IMG/VR virus record: IMGVR_UViG_3300001450_000028
Coordinates: 8,327-72,326 of that record
Reading direction: 5' to 3' (one strand)
Length of the DNA: 64,000 bases
DNA from: a virus
The notes below the pieces were generated by a model. The model worked only from the letters and a program-made list of their open reading frames with translations, was not told the DNA's origin and made no database searches. The first letter of the stretch is position 1, and every line of letters starts with the position of its first letter. This document shows positions 10,701-20,420 of this stretch, in pieces. The position numbers and the translations under genes are program-made.

Positions 10701-12199
10701 ATAACACATGCCCGACTATTCTTGTTATTTCAAACTCAGGAGGTACTGACACAGTGGGCGCGCTAATTCTTGGGAACACATTGGGTGGTCGAGGTTCCGG
10801 TGACATAGAATCATCTTCCAGGGCTATTGTTAATGGGTATGGATCTACTAAATTAGGTGAAAAATTTTTACATTTTGCACAAAGCGCATCAAAAACACCT
10901 TTTTCCTTAGTACCGCCTTCAGCAGAAACAATTGACTTACCTTCACCTTATATTATTTTACCTGATGATGAATTGGTAATGGGATGGCAATATCCAATGA
11001 CAACAAGGATTGCAAATGCTGCGCCTGGAAAAAGCGATACATTCTTAAATACAATGTCACTTTATGGAAAGTCAAAACTGAAATTGATAGGCTCCTTAAT
11101 AAAAAACAAAAAAGAATATCACGAAGGTCTAAATCAAAACATAAGCTCAAATGCTGTTCACGAAATTATAGGTGCAGAGACACCCATAGATCAGTTTAAG
11201 ATTGAAAAGCAGTCTGAAAACATAGGCAGTTTTTATGATACCAGTGTAACTGTAACAAACAAATCACCCGTAGGCAGAATAGGATCAGAAACTGCTAGCA
11301 AGATATTAGTATTAGCCTCAGATGCAGGAAAAGCTTCAGGAAAAATTCGACTAAGTTCACCTTTTTTCATTTCCTCACCAGGCATACAGCAAGGGCTCGC
11401 AAATAACCAGATTATAGGGCTGACAGGTTCAGAAGGCGCAAAATATGCAGCCAAAGCAGGCTCTGCATTGAATGTCAGTTCTCCTAGTAACGGTGGAACA
11501 TTTGAGTTATTTGGAAACGCAAATACTTATGCAGATGCGCTTTATACACTTATTTCACTGTCAGGACTTATTTTCTTAGATCCAGAAACCACAGATATTT
11601 TTACAACTTCAATAGAAACTGCTTACAACTCAGCCTCATCCTGGAGTGTTACACTAAACATTGCTCAAAAAGTAGGAGGCTTAGCCGGTAATCACCCTGT
11701 ATCATTTGAATCCGACGGCGAGTCCAGACAACCTGCACGGCTTAGCGATTTTACTGGAGGTGCTGACGGTGAGCCTATAAGATCAAATTCTTTTTCAAGA
11801 AATGTCCAGCTAGAAGATGAAATAAGAATTTACACAGACAGCACAGGCTCTGCAGGCGCTTTTGACATACCTGGAGGCGTATCTAAGTTTGGAATAATGC
11901 AAACAACAAAAGGTATTACACCAAAATACTACTTTAATTCAAAAAACTTTGGTCATTTTTCTGATTTTATGGATCAAGGAAAAGACTCAAAGTTTTCTCA
12001 AGCTATCGGAAGTAGAGTTTCAGCTTTTAAAGGCTCAGCACTTCAATCACCTGTTGAGATTATATTTGTCAGCGGCACTAATGAAAATACAATAGGCATT
12101 AAAAAGTTTGCCAAGAAGACTCCACAGTTTTCAGAAAACAAATCAAGAACTTCTGCTTTGACAGGATCTTTTATGCTGCACACCGGCAGCTTTAGTTAA
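7784..12199 (+). CDS. Large virion protein with an N-terminal LamG domain (1471 aa), possible tail fibre/receptor-binding component
   Basis: FSLSIWF...NRWYHVVVTF...LYVDG...AIGN...GKISEVALW is a LamG signature. Confidence 0.65.
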   Translation: MPRKIKQISTYDLSKPLKANEDTQNASAYNKQENLYAWYRFEDDISSSGNVEDSQLRSNFKLVPASSRPTFSLDSPSSIATVSGFSKRSSVFNTDVVRVQDKTLFPLRTGTAGAEAAFSLSIWFNLDEIGSRSQYLVSKYGIVDAKKAYALEITTAGEIAFTIYNGAAFRQVRTNDSIGTNRWYHVVVTFSGTVATQQIQLYVDGARVPYSKTTESIGGGAFTVIAETDSLFAIGNDESDPNSGNNVDTRGKISEVALWTTLLDQSDIKTLYNFKDAILYRTASGFVNLPPRVLLRQRDNATGSYPTVMRMGDKGRTGAYNRTFEDNYTINFGKKIKDVFEIKNRVGGVLGFSRDIDSSKWTHSKGMEIRQELVTGDTGATIRKTALVFSGGGLAGKRRIQTKNKIKNPRIKIDLTIGPYQEDRTVLKFGLGLSDGTATDDLKIQASTNGSDWVDIKTIQNNISTLLQSAFTRGFRSADLVKRRSIQVDLYPTDFPFGNNAFYLRIIQESVSSNDVVVWAMSSIEIDYHDEENISYPLMVDVDSFVGKKIVSSSVTAPHLNPTLKGPGRSISGISDVHLSFTPGEKLLPFIDNSHFFDDTSIFFNQGTSPDVIPGFSSPVSNKTIIEVDLSPSEQTTFGLDTRATHESTGNGSNRGPRLETDATKKQQLMVYWNKDLRRWEKIAQGVSGNVVAKQDEGFTPLRNMIHSGALGFSGIGMCSTGSDVTLANQLPVNQDALLSYARPTSTFGFPFEGKYEATASQFIKARDIGITKPFLLEKCSISFDSKFEFASNQFDSGSRAYSMAAANYSSGAPSSRTLADNQKVYIPTFFMLRQSKETLDVEYEYEIEDKGVRSSQKRIVSIPDSAVHLSTAPGPDDIVSVEKSRELITYGQMTLFVSGVANTAGSGDGRGSINAQVDIDTIINNGLGRDTIVDILSVTGQTNFNIGSSGQLAAITSSFNINFPCRLSPKINNTCPTILVISNSGGTDTVGALILGNTLGGRGSGDIESSSRAIVNGYGSTKLGEKFLHFAQSASKTPFSLVPPSAETIDLPSPYIILPDDELVMGWQYPMTTRIANAAPGKSDTFLNTMSLYGKSKLKLIGSLIKNKKEYHEGLNQNISSNAVHEIIGAETPIDQFKIEKQSENIGSFYDTSVTVTNKSPVGRIGSETASKILVLASDAGKASGKIRLSSPFFISSPGIQQGLANNQIIGLTGSEGAKYAAKAGSALNVSSPSNGGTFELFGNANTYADALYTLISLSGLIFLDPETTDIFTTSIETAYNSASSWSVTLNIAQKVGGLAGNHPVSFESDGESRQPARLSDFTGGADGEPIRSNSFSRNVQLEDEIRIYTDSTGSAGAFDIPGGVSKFGIMQTTKGITPKYYFNSKNFGHFSDFMDQGKDSKFSQAIGSRVSAFKGSALQSPVEIIFVSGTNENTIGIKKFAKKTPQFSENKSRTSALTGSFMLHTGSFS

Positions 12200-12239
12200 T
12201 AAATAAATTTTGATATGAATACTTATTAAAGAGGACCCG

Positions 12240-13295
12240 ATGGCCGGAATATTAGATAGTAAAACAAGATTTATAGATTTGATAGTTACCCAAGAAGGTA
12301 AACGTCAAATTGCATCTGGAAAATTGCGAGCCGAGTATGCTTCTCTAAGCGATTCACAAGTTTTTTATGATAAAAATGAAATTGGAAACGTCAGCGATAG
12401 GATCTATTTTCAAGTAATGGACTCGCCTAACAATGTTATTGTTTTGGAAAAAGATGATAGCGGAAAACTTATTGAGTTCAATTTTTCTCCAACAGGTAGT
12501 ATTGTAGGAAATGATATTTTTGACAAAGATACAACTGTAACTTCTAGTTTAAAACTTAAGGCAGTCACAGGAAATGCTTTTGCATCAACATCAGAGTCAA
12601 TAATGTCTTCTTTTACAGAGCATTTTGATGCACAGCAAATTTTAAGTTCTTTTGAAAAATCAGGTAATGAGTTTGAACTAAGCACTGATCGAGTCAATTT
12701 TGCAATATCAAATAGTGTTCCTTTTCCTAATGGCCCACATAAAGAAACTATTAATGTCAATGATGCTGAACCTTTCTTTTTAGATTCTAAGCTTACACAT
12801 TTAGAAAGTTTTGACTTTTTACCACCAGTAAACATGGACGGAACGCCATACGGCAGATATGAAGATATTAGAAGCTTAAAAAGAGAAACACTTTTAGATA
12901 TAAAAAAATCTTTAGGGTTTGAAGGGTTTCAAGACTCTAGTACGCAAGACGGTATTAGAAAAAGAAGGTCAAGAGGCAACTTTAGAACTGACAAAGTAGG
13001 CGATTTTGATGTTATTAATAGAAAAAAATTAAGATCAGCCTCTAGAAGCAACTTGAAACAATACAAGACTGTATATTTTGACAAAACTTCTGATCAAAAT
13101 AATTTAGTTATGCAAATATTTGAAGATGGGCCAAATTCAAAAATGTTTAAGCTGGACTTAATAGATGCAGGATCTTTTTACGACAATAATAGTGAAGAAT
13201 ATCCAGAAAAAAGAATATTTTATGCAGGAAAAATTTATTTTGATGATTTAAATGTTCCTACTTTTATAAACCTATTTACATTAGTACTAGAGTAA
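12240..13295 (+). CDS. Virion protein; N-terminus paralogous to 22499..23197
   Basis: MAGILDSKTRFIDLIVTQEGKRQIA...SLSDSQVFY aligns by eye with MGFLDHSTNNIIVDAVLTDLGRQSLA...ALGDDEVDY. GAGG RBS. Confidence 0.55.
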   Translation: MAGILDSKTRFIDLIVTQEGKRQIASGKLRAEYASLSDSQVFYDKNEIGNVSDRIYFQVMDSPNNVIVLEKDDSGKLIEFNFSPTGSIVGNDIFDKDTTVTSSLKLKAVTGNAFASTSESIMSSFTEHFDAQQILSSFEKSGNEFELSTDRVNFAISNSVPFPNGPHKETINVNDAEPFFLDSKLTHLESFDFLPPVNMDGTPYGRYEDIRSLKRETLLDIKKSLGFEGFQDSSTQDGIRKRRSRGNFRTDKVGDFDVINRKKLRSASRSNLKQYKTVYFDKTSDQNNLVMQIFEDGPNSKMFKLDLIDAGSFYDNNSEEYPEKRIFYAGKIYFDDLNVPTFINLFTLVLE

Positions 13296-13298
13296 AAA

Positions 13299-16181
13299 AT
13301 GATTGTTGACGTAACAAACAGAAAGATATTTTTAAAATCGACAGGTATTGACTTATCGCCTAGAGTCATAAACAAAAGAAAGATAGACAAAGGAAACGGT
13401 CAAAGATTTTCTCAAGAAAATAGGTTTGAAGACATACTGACAGTTGAAATTTCATGTTTTGTTGACCAAAAATCAATATTATCGCAAGACGTAAGTGAAA
13501 TAAAGGTATTTACGTCAGATGTGTCACTGGGGGCACTTAAAAAAAGAAGCAGCATGCTAAGCAGCAGAAAAACAAACACGCCAAACCCAGCAGGAACAAA
13601 CAAGAATAGCTTGGGACCTGTAGGACAAGCAATAGAAGATTCAAAAAGAAAAACAAGTAGAAAGAAAAATAAGTTTCAAAAAATAAAAGAGCAAAGTATT
13701 AAAACAGATGTTAGATCAAAAAGAAGATCTAAGACATCTGATATTATTAACATCGTTAGTGATATTGACAAAATTAGTCAAAATGTAAGCTCACTAAAGT
13801 TTTCTTCTTTAAGATTTCTAACAAAGATAAATGTAAATCAAATACTTTCTTCTGCAAAGATAAAAAATATACAAAACTTAACTCAAACAGACTTAGAAAT
13901 TTTTGGAGAAAGAGAAGTTTTTGAAATAAGACCTAGTGTAAGTTTTAAATCAAGAAAAATTAAAAGATCAACAAGAGAAGTAAGTGTTCCTATTACGAAA
14001 ATGCTAAGCATTGAAAATGCATCAGATAGAAATTTTAGATCTGCGTACTTTTCAAGAGTAAAGTTAGGAAAAGATCCTTTGAGTTCATTTCAGCATCCAG
14101 ACAATTTTGTATCTTTGCAAGAAAGATTGATGGGCGTAAGTTTAATAGAAAAAATAAAAAATGATAATCTAAGAAATGTTTTTAAAATAATTTCTCAAAA
14201 AGAGTCTAATAGTGCTGGCGAAGCTGGAAACTTTAGAATTGTAAAATCTAAACAATCGAAAAGAAAAGAAATATACAAAACTACTTTTGACATGTCTAGA
14301 AGAAAGCTTAAAGAAATGTCTGCAAAGTCAACTATTAATTTAATTTTTTATGCTTATGACGAAAAAGGAATAAAAATTGATTCATTTAGTCAGGTATTGA
14401 ATATAAAACAGCTTTTTTCAACAGAAGTTAATCCAACAATAGACTTTGACATATCTACGTCTAGAACAAATCGAGGAAATATTATTACAAATGTTAGTAA
14501 TAAAGAGCTAGATGTAGGAAATTTTAATATTTATCAAAAGTTTTTTTCTAAATCTCAAAATTACAAAAGAAAAAGTTTTTCATTACTTGCTGATGACTTT
14601 AAAGTAAATCCAAGAAATACGCTAAGATTGGTTGACGGAAGAGTTCAAAACAAGGCAACACCTCAATTATCTAAAACAAAGTCTGTTTTTCATAGAGTTA
14701 CATCAAATTTTCAAGATAGAGAAATCTTTAATACAAAGTCATCAAGCACAGATGCAGTTGAAGCTTTTTCAAACCAGCTAACATGTGCTGTTTATGTTGA
14801 AATAGAATCTAGTGATAGCGGTCAAGGTGACAGTGCAAGAGGAATAGTTACGATCACAAACTTATCAGAAGATGTATATGCAGTATTGCCTGTTAAGAGA
14901 ATTGCAAAAGGAAATAGAGGAAATGATTTTAAAACTGTAAAATACCTCAATGCAGGTACACTAGAAGATAATGAAAAAATATTTGTTGATAAAAATGAAG
15001 ATGACTCTGTGTTTACTTTTTACGACGATGATCTTGAAGATGACGTCATATATGAGTATTCTGCAATTCTATATTCAAGATCAGGTGCACCGCAGTTGTC
15101 CGGATCTAGATTTTTAGAAAAAAATGTTGAAAGAGAAGGTTTAATTAATACTAGTGTGGAAACAAATTTAACAGGGTTCAGTACTGACAATGAGGGCGCG
15201 CCAACAATACGTGTTGAGTTTGACATTACACTAAACAGACAAGAAGATGATGTAGATAAAATACTAAACAGTCTTTTTGGAGATAACAGAGCTTTGTTTG
15301 CAGATGACTTAAAAGAAATTAAAGATGCATCTAATCTAAATTATGGTGTAAGAGTTCATAAAATAGACACTGCAACAGGAGAATTTTTGTATGTAGGCTC
15401 ATTTAGAGCATTTAAGCAAGAAAGCACAGATGCACAATCAAGCACAGATATTCCAAAAACATATAGAGTAAAATTTGAAGACTTTTCTTCTGCATCCAAT
15501 TCTCAAATTTATAAAATTGATCCATACTTAATTCCACCTGCTCAGGTTTTAGACAAAGTTGTAAGTTCTTTAACTAACATTATTAAACAAAACAATCGCT
15601 CAAGGTCTTCATTAAACAAACTTTTTGTTTCAAAACAAAAAATATTAAATCAACAAGTTGTGTCCAAAATTGGAACAAAATTTGCAAGTGTTCAGGGTAG
15701 AAAAGGTGCATTATCAAGTCCAAAATCATTTGTTGAAAAAAATAGAAATGATTTGTTTCTTGAAGGAGCAACAGGCGACATAGAATATGAAACGGTCTCT
15801 CCTGAAAACTTATCAACGTCTTTTGAAAATTTTAAAATTGACGATAGCGATATTTCTTTATTAAAAACACTAGATACAGACCCAAATTCAACAAATTTTA
15901 TACCTAAAAACCTTGTAAAAGTAGAATTTTCTGTAGGCAATACAGATAATTTTGTTGATTTTTATGTTGTGGTAAGAAAAGAAAATGGCAATCCAGCGAT
16001 AATTATAGATGGCGCAATACACAGTACAGACTTAACAGATGATAGCAGATTTATGAATTATACTTATTTATCAAAAGTAAAAACCTCAGTAGGGTTAATA
16101 AGGTACTTTATTGTACCAATTTCAAAACTAGGAACCAAAGGACCTCTCAGGTCAGTAGGTTCAATTGTTATGAGGGGATAG
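13299..16181 (+). CDS. Hypothetical virion protein (960 aa), basic N-terminus and Ig/FN3-like C-terminal part
   Basis: Long ORF; FTFYDDDLEDDVIYEYSAILY resembles FN3-type strands. Confidence 0.45.
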   Translation: MIVDVTNRKIFLKSTGIDLSPRVINKRKIDKGNGQRFSQENRFEDILTVEISCFVDQKSILSQDVSEIKVFTSDVSLGALKKRSSMLSSRKTNTPNPAGTNKNSLGPVGQAIEDSKRKTSRKKNKFQKIKEQSIKTDVRSKRRSKTSDIINIVSDIDKISQNVSSLKFSSLRFLTKINVNQILSSAKIKNIQNLTQTDLEIFGEREVFEIRPSVSFKSRKIKRSTREVSVPITKMLSIENASDRNFRSAYFSRVKLGKDPLSSFQHPDNFVSLQERLMGVSLIEKIKNDNLRNVFKIISQKESNSAGEAGNFRIVKSKQSKRKEIYKTTFDMSRRKLKEMSAKSTINLIFYAYDEKGIKIDSFSQVLNIKQLFSTEVNPTIDFDISTSRTNRGNIITNVSNKELDVGNFNIYQKFFSKSQNYKRKSFSLLADDFKVNPRNTLRLVDGRVQNKATPQLSKTKSVFHRVTSNFQDREIFNTKSSSTDAVEAFSNQLTCAVYVEIESSDSGQGDSARGIVTITNLSEDVYAVLPVKRIAKGNRGNDFKTVKYLNAGTLEDNEKIFVDKNEDDSVFTFYDDDLEDDVIYEYSAILYSRSGAPQLSGSRFLEKNVEREGLINTSVETNLTGFSTDNEGAPTIRVEFDITLNRQEDDVDKILNSLFGDNRALFADDLKEIKDASNLNYGVRVHKIDTATGEFLYVGSFRAFKQESTDAQSSTDIPKTYRVKFEDFSSASNSQIYKIDPYLIPPAQVLDKVVSSLTNIIKQNNRSRSSLNKLFVSKQKILNQQVVSKIGTKFASVQGRKGALSSPKSFVEKNRNDLFLEGATGDIEYETVSPENLSTSFENFKIDDSDISLLKTLDTDPNSTNFIPKNLVKVEFSVGNTDNFVDFYVVVRKENGNPAIIIDGAIHSTDLTDDSRFMNYTYLSKVKTSVGLIRYFIVPISKLGTKGPLRSVGSIVMRG

Positions 16182-16187
16182 ACAAGC

Positions 16188-19100
16188 ATGGCTATTAATC
16201 CAACAAAAGCAAATTTTTCTCTCAGTAACATAACAAAAGAAGCTGTTGCTGCAGTTCCTGCTGTTTCTTTGTCAACATCTAAAATAGAACTTAGCGAAGA
16301 AGATCAAGAAACACTAGACAATATAAATGCTTCTAATAAGTTTGAAATTTTAAATAAGCAATCTTTAAATCCGCTTAAACCAATTGTAATTGGTAACACT
16401 GAGTTTGTACCTATTGCAACAGGTAATACTTCGCCAGACTCAACAGGGTTAAAGGCACAATTTGGAGAAGGTAACGTATTAAGTGTAAATAATATTACAA
16501 AATTATTTGAAATTCAAAGACAAATTAGAAATGCTAATCTTTCAAACTCTCAAAAGCTTTTAAAAATTGCTAAGGGTTACGATAGCGCAGAAATATTATT
16601 AAAAATAAGAAAAAAAATGGAAGAAGTTTTTGATGATATTGTTGATGAAGATATTGACAAAACAATTGAAAATTTTATAAAAGCGGTTGGCGAAAATCTT
16701 TCTTTTGACAGAAAGTCAAAGTCAAGAAACGAATCTGCATCTACAATAATTGGACGTACTAGCATAGCATCTCCAGGTCTTAAGAAAGTAAATACAGAGA
16801 ATAAAAACGACCCATACTATAGAACACTTATTGAGTATGCTGCTTATGAAATAATACTTTACGAAGCAATAGAGTTTCTAAGCGGAATATTGAGATTTAA
16901 AAATGCAGCAGAAAAGTCATGGTCTATTTTAGAGGCGACTTCATTTACAGCAATAAAAGATATGTCATTTGATTCACTTGGTAATAGTGTAAAAGACTTT
17001 ATAGATGCTTCAGGCTTGTCTGGCGTCGGTGCTCATAGAATGAACGAGCCTGGAAGTGAAAGATTTGGTGATGTAATAGGTGTAAATACAACAGGAAGGT
17101 CAACAGATACAGCACTGCTTATGCAAACTATTATTTCTGCATATGACGAAATACTTTTAAAAAAAGGCTACCACGATGATATGCTTAATTTTGAAAAAAG
17201 AACCTTAAACGATAGCCCTAAAATTGAAACTTCCGATCCTGTTCGTGATGCTTTAATGACTCTTCAAAAATCATGGCTTGTAGGATTGTATGATGAAACA
17301 CTTAGCAGTAGTCTACAAAATACAATTGACGATATCAATAACGAAGGAACAGGATTAGAAGCAGTCGAAGGTTTTCTAGGTGAAAGTAAAATTAATAAAA
17401 TGATGGACAATTTTCCTAGTGAGATGGGTGATTCAGAAGTTTATGGAGAACTCTTATCAGCGTGCATGTTTAATGATGCTTTTGACATAGCACAGTCTCT
17501 GTCAGGCGCAACTGCACCAACACTTTATTACTTTAATAATGTAAGAAGCGGCGCAGAAAACATAAATAAGTTTTATAAATTAATTTTAGGTGATGAAGTA
17601 GCAGACACAATGAGACCAGATGACGGTCAGTACGGAAGACGCGAAAGATTTATAGACTATGATCCTCTTGACTCAAATCCTTCTGTTGGACCGCTTGGAG
17701 GGTATCTAAGTTCAAAACAATCTGCAATAAACGACTTTAGATATTTACCATTTGAATCAACACAAAACTACGCAGGAAGTACGAAATACTTAACAGGACC
17801 TGAGTATTTTATTGATGTTGCATTACAAAGAGGTGATAGATCCTTTGCAGACTTTGAAAAATTTACAACAAACTACAAAAACTTTTCAAAGGCTTATGTT
17901 ACTGACGTGGAAAAAAGAACAAAGCTTTTTGAAGTTGAAGAATCTTTTATATCTCTTTGTACAATGATCGGAGAAGATCTAGAAACTGAGTCAGCAAAAT
18001 TTGATAAATATTTACTTAGGCTTGGAATATTGGTAAAGAATGCAAAAACTAGAAAAGGAATGGCGAGAGCATTTAAGTCGGCTTATTTTGGAAATATGAT
18101 TCTAGGACAATCTGATGACACAGCGCGCAGCAGTAGTAAGGAAGGAGATCCGTTTAAAGCAAGTTCAGATACTATTACAAAGAGGCAATCCAGACAAAGA
18201 ATTGTTAGATACAAGGCAAATAAAATTTTAAGAGATTTTATTGACAACACACTTAATGTTTCAGGTCTAAAAGACGACAAAGACAAAGATTTTAGAGACT
18301 TAGGCGGTAACAAATATAGTAACGCGATTAGACAAAAAGAGTATACAGAAAAAGACAGGAATTTTGATAAAATAAACGGAACAAAGACAATCAATACAGG
18401 TACTCAAGAGTCTTTGTCAAACAAAAAAGAATACAAAATACACAAACAGAGTGGTAAAAAGTATGAAGGTTCTGATGAACTTAACAAAGAACAATACAGA
18501 CTGGACGCAGGATTAAGATTTGGTCGCACATCATTGGACGGATTTCTTGGCAACAAGCATTTTGAAAATACAATATTTCAAGGCGACAGTGCAGCGCGCA
18601 GATCTTTTAATCAAAGCAGACCAGGGCTTAGGCAGGGCGAAGTCACCCGATCTCTCACCGGGCTAGAGGATTTTACTGACGTAGATATAACAGAAGCGCT
18701 ACCTAAAACAATAAGAAACCAAGGGGGAATATACAGTCTTTCAGAGCATCACAGAGCGTTTATTCTATTTTCATTTGTTGCAAAAATTTTACAACTATCA
18801 TTAACAATAAAAGCAAAATCTTCAGAAGGCGCAAAAAAGAAAAATGGCAAAAGTAAAAGTAATAACGCATACATAGATCTGATTGGAAACAAAGATGAAT
18901 TTCTTGGTATTACTCAAGCATTTTTAGACATTGGTGAAAAAAGCTTAAATGTGTCTTCTTATAGTAGCAAGCCAGCTTCTTTTAGAGCAGCATATTCAAA
19001 CACCACAACAAGCTTAAGAGAAGTCTTAGAGTCTATAAGAAGAAGAACACAAAAAATCTCACAACTTGTCCTGACACCTGTAGTTCATTCAATGATGCTT

Positions 19101-20420
19101 GATAAGCAAAGAAAGACAATTGTTCAGTATATTTCAACTGGCGATGGGTCCAAAAGATCAGAAGCAGCAATTAATTTATTAGAAGATAGAAAAATAAGAG
19201 CCTTTCAGGATAGCCTTTCTCTAATTTCAGAAGAATCAGTTTCTGAAATGTTTAATAGCTATATTCACACATTTATTCCTAAAAAAGATACAATATTTAC
19301 GACTGAAGATACAACAGACTACAAGCAAGTTAAGTTAATGATAAAAATTCTTTCAAACCCCGGTTATGGATTTTTATCATCAGAAAAACGAGGAAACCCA
19401 GTAATTAGTCATGTCGGTGTTACAAACTCAATGCTATCGACATTGAGGTATGAAGCTTACAAGGAGACAGGTAACATAGCGTTCTTAGAGAGTAAGCGAT
19501 TTTGTGTAAATATATTTAAGAGAAATGAAATTGATGCACAAGAAGTTGTTTACCCAAAGACTTTTTTGTTTGATTCTAAGTATCAAATACATGATTATGA
19601 CCAACTAGGAGAACCTTTAAATCATATTGCCAACTATTCTGATACTTGGACATTTGAAAATATCTTAAGTAATGTAGAATTTACTTCTTGGTCAGATCAA
19701 GTTGAAGGGCAAGAAAACGAAGACCCATTCAACAATATAAAAGAAGCGTATCGACCAAAAAGATCGCTTGGAAGTGACATGCTTAGTCAAAGTAACATAT
19801 CTAAAGATTTATTGATAAATCACATAAATGATTATGCAATAAAAATATATTACAGATATGCGCTAGGTCTAGAATTAGAAACATACAGTTTTACACTAAA
19901 CTCTAGGGCTATTGACTATTCAAACCCAAGAGGAGGATTCAGTAGTGCAAGATCTGAAATGCTTCAAAATTATAATAACTTAATTAGCCAAATAACAAAT
20001 GCGTATCCTGCTGCAAACATTGATCCTGTTTTAGCTTCTGAATTATATAGAAGCATTAAGACGATTTCTGCCACTCCTGTTTATTCCTTAGGAGAAAAGA
20101 CAAAGCGAGTATTGTTGCCTAAAAAATTTGACAGAGTACTTTCAATTCCATTCAATGACAAAGACTTTGTACTATACACACCTGCCTTTGACAAAGAGTT
20201 TGAAGAAATATTTAAAACATTACCTAATTTTAGCTATACTTCTAGGATTGCAAGACCCGAGTTTAAATACGGCGGGCAGCAAAATTCACAAGTATATTTT
20301 TCTTCAAATCCAATAAATAAGTCGGCAGAAGACAAGTATAAGGACAATTGCAAAGAAGACTTCCCGGAAATATTTAGTACATATGTCACAATAACTATTC
20401 TACCTGAAGGAACAAACTAA
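16188..20420 (+). CDS. Very large hypothetical virion protein (1410 aa)
   Basis: Uninterrupted ORF in the structural operon; no recognised motif. Confidence 0.45.
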   Translation: MAINPTKANFSLSNITKEAVAAVPAVSLSTSKIELSEEDQETLDNINASNKFEILNKQSLNPLKPIVIGNTEFVPIATGNTSPDSTGLKAQFGEGNVLSVNNITKLFEIQRQIRNANLSNSQKLLKIAKGYDSAEILLKIRKKMEEVFDDIVDEDIDKTIENFIKAVGENLSFDRKSKSRNESASTIIGRTSIASPGLKKVNTENKNDPYYRTLIEYAAYEIILYEAIEFLSGILRFKNAAEKSWSILEATSFTAIKDMSFDSLGNSVKDFIDASGLSGVGAHRMNEPGSERFGDVIGVNTTGRSTDTALLMQTIISAYDEILLKKGYHDDMLNFEKRTLNDSPKIETSDPVRDALMTLQKSWLVGLYDETLSSSLQNTIDDINNEGTGLEAVEGFLGESKINKMMDNFPSEMGDSEVYGELLSACMFNDAFDIAQSLSGATAPTLYYFNNVRSGAENINKFYKLILGDEVADTMRPDDGQYGRRERFIDYDPLDSNPSVGPLGGYLSSKQSAINDFRYLPFESTQNYAGSTKYLTGPEYFIDVALQRGDRSFADFEKFTTNYKNFSKAYVTDVEKRTKLFEVEESFISLCTMIGEDLETESAKFDKYLLRLGILVKNAKTRKGMARAFKSAYFGNMILGQSDDTARSSSKEGDPFKASSDTITKRQSRQRIVRYKANKILRDFIDNTLNVSGLKDDKDKDFRDLGGNKYSNAIRQKEYTEKDRNFDKINGTKTINTGTQESLSNKKEYKIHKQSGKKYEGSDELNKEQYRLDAGLRFGRTSLDGFLGNKHFENTIFQGDSAARRSFNQSRPGLRQGEVTRSLTGLEDFTDVDITEALPKTIRNQGGIYSLSEHHRAFILFSFVAKILQLSLTIKAKSSEGAKKKNGKSKSNNAYIDLIGNKDEFLGITQAFLDIGEKSLNVSSYSSKPASFRAAYSNTTTSLREVLESIRRRTQKISQLVLTPVVHSMMLDKQRKTIVQYISTGDGSKRSEAAINLLEDRKIRAFQDSLSLISEESVSEMFNSYIHTFIPKKDTIFTTEDTTDYKQVKLMIKILSNPGYGFLSSEKRGNPVISHVGVTNSMLSTLRYEAYKETGNIAFLESKRFCVNIFKRNEIDAQEVVYPKTFLFDSKYQIHDYDQLGEPLNHIANYSDTWTFENILSNVEFTSWSDQVEGQENEDPFNNIKEAYRPKRSLGSDMLSQSNISKDLLINHINDYAIKIYYRYALGLELETYSFTLNSRAIDYSNPRGGFSSARSEMLQNYNNLISQITNAYPAANIDPVLASELYRSIKTISATPVYSLGEKTKRVLLPKKFDRVLSIPFNDKDFVLYTPAFDKEFEEIFKTLPNFSYTSRIARPEFKYGGQQNSQVYFSSNPINKSAEDKYKDNCKEDFPEIFSTYVTITILPEGTN